Source: Eledone cirrhosa
Taxonomy: Eukaryota
NCBI GenBank assembly: GCA_964016885.1
Contig: OZ024744.1
Span: forward strand, 56,482,001 to 56,546,000
Length of the DNA: 64,000 nt
Direction: 5' to 3'
The notes under the pieces were generated by a model, which saw only the letters and a program-made list of their open reading frames with translations, was not told the DNA's origin and did no database searches. Of the stretch, positions 1 to 14,800 are shown piece after piece (position 1 is the first letter of the stretch; the number at the start of each line of letters is the position of its first letter). A program made the translations under genes and the position numbers.

Positions 1-592
1 TAGCTGAATCTATGGTAGAATTAGAGAAGACATTCCAAACTTGGGAGCAGGGACTAGAAAGAAAGGGTCTCAAAGTCAACCTGACAAAGACTAAGGTCCT
101 TGTAAGTAGACAAGAAAACAGAACCCAGATCCCCTCAGGAAAATGGCCTTGCTCAGTATGTAGGAAAGGTGTAGGTAGGAACTCCATTCTCTGCCCTAAA
201 TGCAAACAATGGGTACACAAGAGATGTAGTAGGATCTCAGGAAGCTTAGCTAAGATTGTAGGCTTCACATGTAGCAGCTGTGCAGGGACAGCAAGCATCA
301 AACAGCCACAGGAAACAAGCACCACCAAACTCTGGTGGGGAGACCCAAGAAGACCTAGGATGAGGTGATAAAAGCCGACCTTACCCAATTACACCTCTCA
401 AAGGCGATGACACACGACCATGACCTCTGGTGTCACGCAGTAATACAGAAGACCCGACTTCCCACAGGTACAAGTCGAAGCTGAAGCATATAGACAATAT
501 GCCCCCACACCCCCAGCTGCAAAGTGGTTGTGGGGGTGCCATGGCACAACAGCACCCAGACCACACTGTAAATGAGGTTGATGTTAGGAAGG
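1..592 (+). mobile_element. RTE-clade LINE (family B) 3' fragment with an internal deletion near 335
   Basis: ORF 12-368 closely matches the 18434-18949 translation (KGLKVNLTKTKVLV, CSVC...HKRC). It then jumps about 470 bp to the GRP/WDEVI C-terminal region and 3' UTR. Confidence 0.9.
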
Positions 593-596
593 TATG

Positions 597-3500
597 ACAA
601 GGTATGACACGGCCAACTGACCTGACATGCCATGAGCAAGGTATGACACAGCCAACTGACCTGACATGCTATGAGCAAGGTATGACACGGCCAACTGACC
701 TGACATGCTATGAGCAAGGTATGACACGGCCAACTGACCTGACATGCCATGAGCAAGGTATGACACGGCCAACTGACCTGACATGCTATGAGCAAGGTAT
801 GACATGGCCAACTGACATGACATGCCATGAGCAAGGTATGACACGGCCAACTGACATGACATGCCATGAGCAAGGTATGACATGGCCAACTGACCTGACA
901 TGCCATGAGCAAGGTATGACACGGCCAACTGACATGACATGCCATGAGCAAGGTATGACATGGCCAACTGACCTGACATGCCATGAGCAAGGTATGACAC
1001 GGCCAACTGACCTGACATGCCATGAGCAAGGTATGACACGGCCAACTGACATGACATGCCATGAGTAAGGTATGACACGGCCAACTGACCTGACATGCTA
1101 TGAGCAAGGTATGACATGGCCAACTGACCTGACATGCTATGAGCAAGGTATGACATGGCCAACTGACCTGACATGCTATGAGCAAGGTATGACACGGCCA
1201 ACTGACCTGACATGCCATGAGCAAGGTATGACATGGCCAACTGACCTGACATGCTATGAGCAAGGTATGACACGGCCAACTGACCTGACATGCTATGAGC
1301 AAGGTATGACATGGCCAACTGACCTGACATGCTATGAGCAAGGTATGACACGGCCAACTGACCTGACATGCCATGAGCAAGGTATGACATGGCCAACTGA
1401 CCTGACATGCTATGAGCAAGGTATGACACGGCCAACTGACCTGACATGCCATGAGCAAGGTATGACATGGCCAACTGACCTGACATGCTATGAGCAAGGT
1501 ATGACATGGCCAACTGACCTGACATGCTATGAGCAAGGTATGACACGGCCAACTGACCTGACATGCTATGAGCAAGGTATGACACGGCCAACTGACCTGA
1601 CATGCCATGAGCAAGGTATGACACGGCCAACTGACCTGACATGCCATGAGCAAGGTATGACACGGCCAACTGACCTGACATGCCATGAGCAAGGTATGAC
1701 ACGGCCAACTGACCTGACATGCTATGAGCAAGGTATGACACAGCCAACTGACCTGACATGCTATGAGCAAGGTATGACACGGCCAACTGACCTGACATGC
1801 TATGAGCAAGGTATGACACGGCCAACTGACATGCCATGAGCAAGGTATGACATGGCCAACTGACCTGACATGCCATGAGCAAGGTATGACACAGCCAACT
1901 GACCTGACATGCTATGAGCAAGGTATGACACGGCCAACTGACCTGACATGCTATGAGCAAGGTATGACACAGCCAACTGACCTGACATGCCATGAGCAAG
2001 GTATGACACGGCCAACTGACCTGACATGCTATGAGCAAGGTATGACACAGCCAACTGACCTGACATGCTATGAGCAAGGTATGACATGGCCAACTGACCT
2101 GACATGCTATGAGCAAGGTATGACACGGCCAACTGACCTGACATGCTATGAGCAAGGTATGACATGGCCAACTGACCTGACATGCTATGAGCAAGGTATG
2201 ACACGGCCAACTGACCTGACATGCTATGAGTAAGGTATGACACGGCCAACTGACATGCCATGAGCAAGGTATGACATGGCCAACTGACCTGACATGCCAT
2301 GAGCAAGGTATGACACGGCCAACTGACCTGACATGCTATGAGCAAGGTATGACACGGCCAACTGACCTGACATGCTATGAGTAAGGTATGACACGGCCAA
2401 CTGACATGCCATGCTATGAGCAAGGTAAGACACGGCCAACTGACCTGACATGCTATGAGCAAGGTATGACACGGCCAACTGACCTGACATGCCATGAGCA
2501 AGGTATGACACGGCCAACTGACCTGACATGCTATGAGCAAGGTATGACACGGCCAACTGACCTGACATGCTATGAGCAAGGTATGACACGGCCAACTGAC
2601 CTGACATGCTATGAGCAAGGTATGACATGGCCAACTGACCTGACATGCTATGAGCAAGGTATGACACGGCCAACTGACCTGACATGCTATGAGCAAGGTA
2701 TGACACAGCCAACTGACCTGACATGCTATGAGCAAGGTATGACACGGCCAACTGACCTGACATGCTATGAGTAAGGTATGACACGGCCAACTGACCTGAC
2801 ATGCTATGAGCAAGGTATGACATGGCCAACTGACCTGACATGCTATGAGCAAGGTATGACACAGCCAACTGACCTGACATGCTATGAGCAAGGTATGACA
2901 CGGCCAACTGACCTGACATGCTATGAGTAAGGTATGACACAGCCAACTGACCTGACATGCTATGAGCAAGGTATGACACAGCCAACTGACCTGACATGCT
3001 ATGAGCAAGGTATGACATGGCCAACTGACCTGACATGCTATGAGCAAGGTATGACACAGCCAACTGACCTGACATGCTATGAGCAAGGTATGACACGGCC
3101 AACTGACCTGACATGCTATGAGTAAGGTATGACACGGCCAACTGACCTGACATGCTATGAGCAAGGTATGACACAGCCAACTGACCTGACATGCTATGAG
3201 TAAGGTATGACACGGCCAACTGACCTGACATGCTATGAGCAAGGTATGACATGGCCAACTGACCTGACATGCTATGAGCAAGGTATGACACAGCCAACTG
3301 ACCTGACATGCTATGAGCAAGGTATGACACGGCCAACTGACCTGACATGCTATGAGTAAGGTATGACACGGCCAACTGACCTGACATGCTATGAGCAAGG
3401 TATGACACAGCCAACTGACCTGACATGCTATGAGCAAGGTATGACATGGCCAACTGACCTGACATGCTATGAGCAAGGTATGACACGGCCAACTGACCTG

Positions 3501-4910
3501 ACATGCTATGAGCAAGGTATGACATGGCCAACTGACATGACATGCCATGAGCAAGGTATGACATGGCCAACTGACCTGACATGCTATGAGCAAGGTATGA
3601 CACGGCCAACTGACCTGACATGCTATGAGCAAGGTATGACACAGCCAACTGACCTGACATGCTATGAGCAAGGTATGACACGGCCAACTGACCTGACATG
3701 CTATGAGTAAGGTATGACACAGCCAACTGACCTGACATGCTATGAGCAAGGTATGACATGGCCAACTGACCTGACATGCTATGAGCAAGGTATGACACGG
3801 CCAACTGACCTGACATGCTATGAGCAAGGTATGACATGGCCAACTGACATGACATGCCATGAGCAAGGTATGACATGGCCAACTGACCTGACATGCTATG
3901 AGCAAGGTATGACACGGCCAACTGACCTGACATGCTATGAGCAAGGTATGACACAGCCAACTGACCTGACATGCCATGAGCAAGGTATGACATGGCCAAC
4001 TGACCTGACATGCTATGAGCAAGGTATGACATGGCCAACTGACCTGACATGCTATGAGCAAGGTATGACACAGCCAACTGACCTGACATGCTATGAGCAA
4101 GGTATGACATGGCCAACTGACCTGACATGCTATGAGCAAGGTATGACATGGCCAACTGACCTGACATGCTATGAGCAAGGTATGACACAGCCAACTGACC
4201 TGACATGCTATGAGCAAGGTATGACACGGCCAACTGACCTGACATGCTATGAGTAAGGTATGACACGGCCAACTGACCTGACATGCTATGAGTAAGGTAT
4301 GACACGGCCAACTGACCTGACATGCCATGAGCAAGGTATGACATGGCCAACTGACCTGACATGCTATGAGCAAGGTATGACACAGCCAACTGACCTGACA
4401 TGCTATGAGCAAGGTATGACACGGCCAACTGACCTGACATGCTATGAGTAAGGTATGACACGGCCAACTGACCTGACATGCTATGAGCAAGGTATGACAC
4501 GGCCAACTGACCTGACATGCTATGAGCAAGGTATGACATGGCCAACTGACCTGACATGCTATGAGCAAGGTATGACACGGCCAACTGACCTGACATGCCA
4601 TGAGCAAGGTATGACACGGCCAACTGACCTGACATGCCATGAGCAAGGTATGACACGGCCAACTGACCTGACATGCCATGAGCAAGGTATGACACGGCCA
4701 ACTGACATGACATGCCATGAGCAAGGTATGACATGGCCAACTGACCTGACATGCCATGAGCAAGGTATGACATGGCCAACTGACCTGACATGCTATGAGC
4801 AAGGTATGACACAGCCAACTGACCTGACATGCTATGAGCAAGGTATGACACAGCCAACTGACCTGACATGCTATGAGCAAGGTATGACATGGCCAACTGA
4901 CCTGACATGC
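597..4910. repeat. 39-bp minisatellite, about 110 units (ATGAGCAAGGTATGACACGGCCAACTGACCTGACATGCT)
   Basis: Direct tandem units with a few variant sites. Two 34-bp units occur near 1830 and 2255. Confidence 0.98.
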
Positions 4911-5448
4911 CTCATAAGAGGACCACCCAGTTTCACACTGTAAACATGGTTGGTATTAGGAAGGACATCTAGCAGTCATAAAACCCTACCTAAGCATGGC
5001 CCCGCTATTAGCAAGGCATGGCATGGCCAACTGGCCAGACCTCCCTGATAATGAGGCCACCCAGCTCCCAAAATATGGTTCCACTGTCCAGACACCTCTT
5101 CATAACAGTGCCACCCAGCTTCACATTTTTAATATGGTTGGTGTTAGAAAGGGCATCCAGCAACTGTAAAAACCCAGCCAACACACAGTCCCGATATGTG
5201 AAAAGTATGAAGCAGCCATTTGGCCAGACTTGGCTCATAACATGACCACCCAGTTCCACACTGTGAACGTGGCTGGTGTTAGGAAAGGCACCCAGCTGTA
5301 AAAATCCCAGCTAAAATACATTTCTGTTTCAGCAAACCATGATGCGGCCAACTGGCTAGACTTGTATCATAAGATGGACGACCCGTCTAACCCATACAAA
5401 CATGGATAAATAGATGTTAAATTGTGATGATGATGATGATGATAATGA
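4911..5448 (+). mobile_element. Degenerate RTE 3' UTR repeats ending in a (GAT)n tail
   Basis: Three diverged copies of the CACACTGTAAA...GGTGTTAGGAAGGGCATCCAGCTGTA block, then CCCATAC...GTTAAA and (GAT)n. Confidence 0.75.
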
Positions 5449-5896
5449 TATGTACATGTAAGTATGTGTGTCTGTCCATATCTGTGTTTGTTTATGTTTT
5501 GTAACTTAGTAGTTAACCAAAGTGAGATCGATAAAATATGTATCAGACTTGAAAAAAAAGGTTACTGGTGCACCAACATGACTGTTGTCTCATGACTGGA
5601 TCCAGTAAAAGAGTAAAGTCTATACTCTGTTAATTAATGAAGAATATTGAAGGATTTATTGAAATTATTAATTATTTCACAACTAAGAGGGTAACTTAAC
5701 AAATGGTTCTTATATAAAATCATCTCAGGAGATTTTAATTTAAATAGGAGCCTATTAAAACTGGTGGTTTTGTTTCATAAAACCACCAGTTTTGGGTAAA
5801 TTGGGATAATAAAGGTTAAGTCTACTACATTTATTTTTCTTTATTTTTTCAAAGGGAAATTGCATTTTATGGAAAATTATCTAATATATATATATA

Positions 5897-6785
5897 TCAT
5901 CATCATCACTTTATGTCCACTTTTCCTTGCTTGCAAGAATGGGACAGGTCCTATTCAGCACAGCATCTCTCCACTTGTCACGGTCCTTCATCATCTCCTC
6001 CGTGAGCTTCAGCAATCTGAGGTCCGCTCTCATCACCTCAGCCCATGTTTTTCGTGGTCTTCCTCTACTGCGTCTTCCTTCTACTGGGATTTCTTGGCAC
6101 TTTTTTACCTAGCGTTCATCCTCCATGTACATCACATATCCATACCATCGCAGTCTTCTCTCCTGCACACTACAGCCTATCCCTCTTATACCCAGTTTCT
6201 TTCTCAACTCGTCCATGCTTGGTCATTCATGCACATTGACATTATACATCCAACAGAGCATGCTTGCTTCATTTCTCTCCAGCCGTCGCATATCCTCTGC
6301 AGTTGCTGCCCATGTCTCACCATGCAGCATTGTGCATCTCATGCAGTCATCATATAACCGGCCTTTCGTACGCAGAGAGAAACCCTTCTTTGTCAACGGA
6401 GGAAGCAGCTCCATAAACTTCTTCCAACCTGTCCTTATTCTAGATACTATGGCCTCGGAACACCCCCTCCCATGCTAATCTGATTTCCTAGGTACCGGAA
6501 GCTTTCAACCACTTTTATAGAACCTATTTACATTTGAAAAATGTGTTTATCACTGCGACTTCTACTGTCTAATTTCCTTGAACATCTACTGCATACATAG
6601 TTTTCCCTACCTGTTAGTTTGCCTGCTGTTCCACTACATCTCTTGTGTACCCAAGATCTGCATTGTGTACATTTTATAGAATTTATACCAGCTCCTTGGC
6701 CATTTCCAGCTCATGGCCATTTCCTTGACAGAATCAGAGTTTTGCCCTCTTTCTTACTTATCAACACTTTTGTCTTAGCTGGATT
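5897..6785 (-). mobile_element. RTE-clade LINE 3' fragment (distinct family E)
   Basis: Minus-strand translation includes KGRLYDDC...LHGETW and RLERNEASML. (CAT)n at the left end is the tail. A sister copy lies at 28228-28792. Confidence 0.85.
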
Positions 6786-6791
6786 CAATAG

Positions 6792-6824
<33 letters not shown>

Positions 6825-6827
<3 letters not shown>

Positions 6828-9499
6828 TAAGGAAGAGCAATTAGAGTCGTATAATATAGAGGAACAGTGGGAATTCCTGAGAGCAAACCTGCTGACGGCG
6901 GCAGACGAAGTCTGTGGCTGGAGCAGGCCTGTAGGTAGGAGGAGAGTAACATGGTGGTGGAACAGTAAGGTGGAGGAGTCAATTAAGGCCAAAAAGCAGG
7001 CTTGGAAAGTATGGCGGGATGGGGGAAGTAGAGAAGACTATCAAGTGGCCAGGAGGGAAGCTAGGAGACAAGTGTACTTCGCAAGAAGGGAAGCAGAGGA
7101 AAGAAAGTTCAAGCATGTTCTACAACGTGAGGACCAAAAACGTGAGGTGTTCAGGATTGCCAGGCAATGTGTCAAGGAAAACCGTGATATTGTCGGGGAG
7201 AAGTGTGTACTTAACGATGATGGCATACTTGCCATCACCGACGCTGATAAGAAGGTAGCTTGGAAGTGTCACTACGAAAGGCTTCTAAATGAGGAGAACA
7301 AATGGGAGAAAGACAGTCTCCCCCAGATCGATCCAATAGAGGGACCAGCAGTGTTAGTTGAAGGTAGTATAATAAGTAAGGCAATCAAAGATATGAAGAC
7401 GGGTAAGGCGGCTGGGCCTTCGGAAATAGTTGCTGAGATGCTGAAGGCATCTGGTTCGGTGGGACACACCATGGTCACCCGGATAGTTAACCAAGTCGTA
7501 CAGAATGGGGTTGTTCCGAAGGAATGGCGTAGCAGCATCATCGTTAACTGCTATAAGGGAAAAGGAGATGCCCTAGATAGGAGTAACTATAGAGGCATTA
7601 AATTAATCGACCAGGTCATGAAGGTCACGGAAAAAGTAATAGCGCAACTAATCAGAGAGAGAATTGATCTAGATGAAATGCAGTTCGGGTTTGTGTCAGG
7701 CAAAAGTACCACAGACGCTCTTTTCATTGTACGACAACTACAGGAGAAGTACCTAGCTAAAAGTAAACCCCTATACTTAGCTTTTGTCGACTTGGAGAAA
7801 GCCTTCGACAGAGTCCCCCGTTCCATTATCTGGTGGTCTCTTAGAAAACTAGGTGTTGACGAATGGCTTGTGAGAGCTATACAAGCCATGTATAAAGAAA
7901 CAGTCAGTAAGGTTAGAATTAACAACGAATATAGTGAAGAGTTTAGCGTAAAAGTTGGTGTCCATCAGGGCTCTGTACTTAGCCCCCTACTATTTATTAT
8001 TGCCCTTCAGGCTATAACAGAGGAGTTCAAGACCGGCTGCCCATGGGAACTCCTATACGCAGATGATCTAACGCTCATAGCTGAATCAATGACCGAACTA
8101 GAGAAGAAATTCCAAACGTGGAAGCACGGCCTAGAATCAAAAGGCCTTAAAATTAACCTGGCTAAGACTAAAGTTCTAGTTTGTAGGAAAGAAAATAAGG
8201 CGGCGGTCCCATCGGGGAAATGGCCATGCTCAGTGTGTAGGAAAGGCGTAGGTAGAAACTCCATTTTATGTCCCAAATGCAAAGTATGGGTGCATAAAAG
8301 ATGTAGTGGGATCACAGGTAAGCTAACTAAGAACATAGATTTTACATGTGGCCGGTGCTCTGGTGCAATAAGTAGCAGCAAGTGCCCACAAAATACTAGC
8401 TCCTTCAACTGCGCAGAGGGTTCTATAGAAATAGTGGACAGCTTCCGTTATCTGGGTGACAAAATCAGCAGTGGGGGAGGGTGCTCTGAAAGTACAGTAG
8501 CTAGAGTCAGAACTGGATGGAAAAAGTTCAGAGAGCTTATACCACTATTAGCCGCTAGAGGGTTCTCCCTAAAAATGAAAGGCAGGTTATACGATGCCTG
8601 CATACGAACAGCAATGCTGCATGGCAGTGAGACCTGGGCATTGTGTGCAGAGGATATACGCAGACTAGAGAGGAACGAAGCTTGCATGCTCCGCTGGATG
8701 TGCAATAGTAATATACGTGAACGGCAAAGCATAAACGAACTAAGGAAAAAATTAGAAATAAGAGGGATCAGATGTTGTTTACTCGAGAGAAGGCTACGTT
8801 GGTACGGTCACGTGATGCGCATGAAAGACGACAGCTGTATAACAAAGTGCAGGGCAATAAAGATAGACGGTAGCCACGGAGTAGGCAGACCCAGAAAAAC
8901 ATGGGACGAGCTGATAAATTCCGACCTCACACGCTTACACCTCTCCAAGACAATGTCACTGGACCGAGACCTTTGGCGGTACTCAGTAATAGAGAAGACC
9001 CGCCTTACCTAAATACAAAGTAAAAACCTACTACAGTCAGTAGGCACCTCTATCAAAACACACCCCCGTCCCTCCACACCACCCCTTTCAATGTAAAGTT
9101 ATGTTGGTCCCACAACATCCAGGCCGAAACAAATGAGATCGTGTAGGTGTCACGACAAAAAACACACAGTCCACGCTGTAAATGTGGCCGTGTAGGCAAC
9201 ACGGTAAAAACCTCCCAGCCCCACACTGTAAATGTGGTTGGTGTTAGGAAGGGCATCCAGCTGTAGAAAACCCGCCAGACAGTCCACGCTGTAATGTGGC
9301 CGTGTAGGCAACATGGTAAAAACCTCCCAGCCCCACACTGTAAATGTGGTTAGTGTTAGGAAGGGCATCCAACTGTAGAAAACCCGCCAGACAGTCCTAT
9401 GCGAGCAAGACAACCACTCTTGCCTCAAGTGGGAAAACCCCCGTCCAAACCCATGCAAGCGTGGAACACGGACGCTAAACCTGATGATGATGATGATGA

Positions 9500-9502
<3 letters not shown>
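6825..9502 (+). mobile_element. 5'-truncated RTE LINE (family A) inserted in (TA)n
   Basis: Collinear and highly similar to 49863-52413. It has a (GAT)n tail and (TA)n on both sides. Confidence 0.96.
6826..9012 (+). pseudogene. Open but N-terminally truncated RTE ORF (RT + PHD-type finger, no APE)
   Basis: NYRGIKL, QFGF, FVDLEKAFD, GVHQGSVLSP, LYADD, FRYLG and RLRWYGHV motifs. Confidence 0.93.
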
Positions 9503-10226
<724 letters not shown>

Positions 10227-10398
10227 ATGAATCTCTCGTCGAGAAGAGAAGTTCCTGCTATATTCTCTGATTACCTTTCAATATACCATACCAGAATTAT
10301 TCAAGTTAATTCTCTGGTATATATCACAGCGATTTTTACATATCGCTCCTGTCGATGAATTTTTATATATATATATATATACACACATATATATATAT

Positions 10399-10450
<52 letters not shown>

Positions 10451-10452
<2 letters not shown>

Positions 10453-10641
10453 GTAGGTCCCGGGTTGAGTCGGGGATAACCACAGTAAGTAAGGTACTCA
10501 ATACATGGCAGAGTAAAATTTTTTTATTTTATAGAAGGAGCTTCTACAGGACTAGTACTGTTTCATTCAGATGAAATCTTCAGGATTTCATCTGAATGAA
10601 ACAGTACTAGTCCTGTAGAAGCTCCTTCTATAAAATAAAAA
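10451..10641 (-). mobile_element. Penelope-like terminal remnant with a 58-bp perfect inverted repeat and partial hammerhead motif
   Basis: Arms at 10521-10578 and 10584-10641. The minus strand reads CTGAAGA-tttcatctgaat-GAAACAGTACTAGTC. TA-flanked. Confidence 0.6.
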
Positions 10642-10727
10642 TATATATATATATATATCAGTTCCCCTCCCACCCATGCAAGCAGGGAAAAAGCGGACGT
10701 AAAATGAAATGAAAATATATATATATA

Positions 10728-11560
10728 AGATGTAGTGGGACCACAGGCAAGCTATCTAAAAATGTAGATTTCATATGTGGCTGATGCTCAGGTGCAGTAA
10801 ATAGCAAGTGCCCAGATGGTTCTATAGAAATAGTAGACACTTTCCGTTACCTGGGTGACAAAATCAGCAGTGGAGGAGGGTGTTCTGAAAGTGCAGTAGC
10901 CAAAGTTAGAACAGGATGGAAAAAGTTCAGAGAGTTAATACTGCTGTTAGCCACAAAAGGTTTCTCTCTAAAAATGAAAGGCAGATTGTATGACACTTGT
11001 ATATGAACAACAATGTTACATAGCAGTGACACATGGGAATTGTGTGCAGAGGACCTGTGCAGATTGGAAAGGAATGAAGCTTACATACTCCATTGGATGT
11101 GTAATAATATACGAATGGCAAAACATAAACGAACGAAGTGCGAAATTAATCAGATGCAATTTGAAAGGAGATTACGTTAGTATGGTCATGTGATGCATAT
11201 GAAAGATGACAGCTGTATAAAAAAGTGCAGGGCAATCAAAAGTAATGGAAGCTACAGAGAAGGAAGATCCAGAAAAACCTGGGATGACATGATAAAATCT
11301 AACCTTGCACACTTACACCTCTTTAAGACAATATCACTGGATCGAGACCCACCTTCCCTTACGTACAAAGTTAAACCTACAGTCAGTAAGCACCTCTTAA
11401 CCAGATATACACCCTAACCCATTACCCTACTCTGTCCTCCCACTTCCACCCACACCACCCTTGCTTTGTAAAGTTATGTTGGTACCACAGAACATCCAGT
11501 CGACGCTGTAAAGTCGTCATGTAGGAGATACTGTAAAAAGGCTCAGAGTCCACACTGTAA

Positions 11561-11565
<5 letters not shown>
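10728..11565 (+). mobile_element. Degenerate RTE LINE 3' fragment
   Basis: FRYLGDKISSGGGCSES and GWKKFREL, with stops and frameshifts. Confidence 0.88.
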
Positions 11566-11653
<88 letters not shown>

Positions 11654-11810
11654 ATGTATATGTATAGATATATTTATATATATGTAGATATATATATTAT
11701 ATCTATATATATGTATAAATAAAAAGTGTTCAAAGAGTCTTTCAGAAACTAAGATAAAATAGATAACTGAATAAAATCAAAATCAAATCAAAACAATAAT
11801 TATTCTCACT

Positions 11811-14800
11811 TTACACCACATTCCTCTACACCCCACATTCCTCTACACCCCACATTACTCTACACACCACATTCCTCTACACCCCACATTCCTCTACACC
11901 CCACATTACTCTACACCCGACATTCCTCTACACCCCACATTACTCTACACCCCACATTCCTCTACACCCCACATTACTCTACACTCCACATTACTCTACA
12001 CCCCACATTCCTCTACACCCCACATTACTCTACACCCGACATTCCTCTACACCCCACATTACTCTACACCCGACATTCCTCTACACCCCACATTACTCTA
12101 CACACCACATTACTCTACACACCACATTACTCTACACCCCACATTCCTCTACACACCACATTCCTCTACACCCCACATTACTCTACACACCACATTACTC
12201 TACACACCACATTGCTCTACACCCCACATTCCTCTACACACCACATTCCTCTACACCCCACATTACTCTACACCCCACATTCCTCTACACCCGACATTCC
12301 TCTACACCCCACATTACTCTACACCCCACATTCCTCTACACCCCACATTCCTCTACACCCCACATTACTCTACACCCCACATTCCTCTACACACCACATT
12401 CCTCTACACCCCACATTACTCTACACCCCACATTACTCTACACTCCACATTACTCTACACACCACATTACTCTACACCCCACATTACTCTACACCCCACA
12501 TTCCTCTACACCCCACATTCCTCTACACCCCACATTCCTCTACACCCCACATTACTCTACACCCCACATTACTCTACACTCCACATTACTCTACACACCA
12601 CATTACTCTACACCCCACATTACTCTACACTCCACATTACTCTACACACCACATTACTCTACACCCCACATTCCTCTACACCCCACATTACTCTACACTC
12701 CACATTACTCTACACACCACATTACTCTACACCCCACATTACTCTACACCCCACATTCCTCTACACCCCACATTCCTCTACACACCACATTCCTCTACAC
12801 CCCACATTACTCTACACCCCACATTACTCTACACTCCACATTACTCTACACACCACATTACTCTACACCCCACATTCCTCTACACCCCACATTCCTCTAC
12901 ACCCCACATTACTCTACACCCCACATTCCTCTACACACCACATTCCTCTACACCCCACATTACTCTACACCCGACATTCCTCTACACCCCACATTACTCT
13001 ACACCCCACATTCCTCTACACCCCACATTACTCTACACTCCACATTCCTCTACACACCACATTCCTCTACACCCCACATTACTCTACACCCCACGTTCCT
13101 CTACACACCACATTCCTCTACACCCCACATTACTCTACACCCCACATTACTCTACACTCCACATTACTCTACACACCACATTCCTCTACACCCCACATTA
13201 CTCTACACCCCACATTACTCTACACCCCACATTACTCTACACCCCACATTCCTCTACACCCCACATTCCTCTACACCCCACATTCCTCTACACCCCACAT
13301 TACTCTACACCCCACATTACTCTACACACCACATAACTCTACACCCCACATTACTCTACACTCCACATTACTCTACACCCCACATTCCTCTACACCCCAC
13401 ATTCCTCTACACCCCACATTCCTCTACACCCCACATTACTCTACACACCACATAACTCTACACCCCACATTACTCTACACCCCACATTACTCTACACACC
13501 AGATTCCTCTACACCCCACATTCCTCTACACCCCACATTACTCTACACCCCACATTCCTCTACACCCCACATTCCTCTACACCCCACATTACTCTACACA
13601 TCACATTACTCTACACACCACATTACTCTACACCCCACATTCCTATACACTCCACATTACTCTACACACCACATTCCTCTATACACCACATTACTCTACA
13701 CTCCACATTACTCTACACACCACATTCCTCTACACACCACATTCCTCTACACCCCACATTACTCTACACCCAACATTACTCTACACACCACATTCCTCTA
13801 CACCCCACATTCCTCTACACCCCACATTACTCTACACCCCACATTACTCTACACACCACATTACTCTACACACCACATTACTCTACACACCACATTACTC
13901 TACACACCACATTACTCTACACACCCCATTACTCTACACCCCACATTACTCTACACCCCACATTCCTCTATACACCACATTACTCTACACACCACATTAC
14001 TCTACACCCTACATTACTCTACACCCCACATTACTCTACACCCCACATTACTCTACACCCCACATTACTCTACACCCGACATTACTCTACACACAACATT
14101 ACTCTACACCCGACATTACTCTACACACAACATTACTCTACACCCGACATTCCTCTACGCACAACATTACTCTACACCCGACATTACTCTACACACAACA
14201 TTACTCTACACCCCACATTACTCTACACCCCATATTACTCTACACCCCACATTCCTCTACACCCCACATTCCTCTACACTCCACATTACTCTACACCCCA
14301 CATTCCTCTACACCCCACATTACTCTACTTCCCACATTACTCTACACCCCACATTCCTCTACACCCCACATTACTCTACACCCCACATTACTCTACACCC
14401 CACATTACTCTACACCCCACATTACTCTACTTCCCACATTACTCTACACCCCACATTACTCTACACCCCACATTACTCTACACCCCACATTACTCTACAC
14501 CCCACATTCCTCTACACCCCACATTCCTCTACACTCCACATTACTCAACACCCCACATTACTCTACACCCCATATTACTCTACACCCCACATTCCTCTAC
14601 ACCCCACATTCCTCTACACTCCACATTACTCAACACCCCACATTACTCTACACCCCCACATTACTCTACTTCCCACATTACTCTACACCCCACATTCCTC
14701 TACACCCCACATTACTCTACACCCCACATTACTCTACTTCCCACATTACTCTACACCCCACATTACTCTACACCCCACATTACTCTACACCCCACATTAC

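Noticed and set aside
433-4943. Long ORFs up to 1026 aa with 13-aa repeats
   Set aside because: Artefact of a 39-bp (13-codon) unit that lacks stops in some frames; there is no unique domain.
6619-6825. N-terminus of the 797-aa ORF
   Set aside because: Chance read-through of an antisense RTE fragment and (TA)n. The element begins at about 6825.
12212-13336. 374-aa His/Pro/Thr ORF
   Set aside because: Translation of the 17-bp array.
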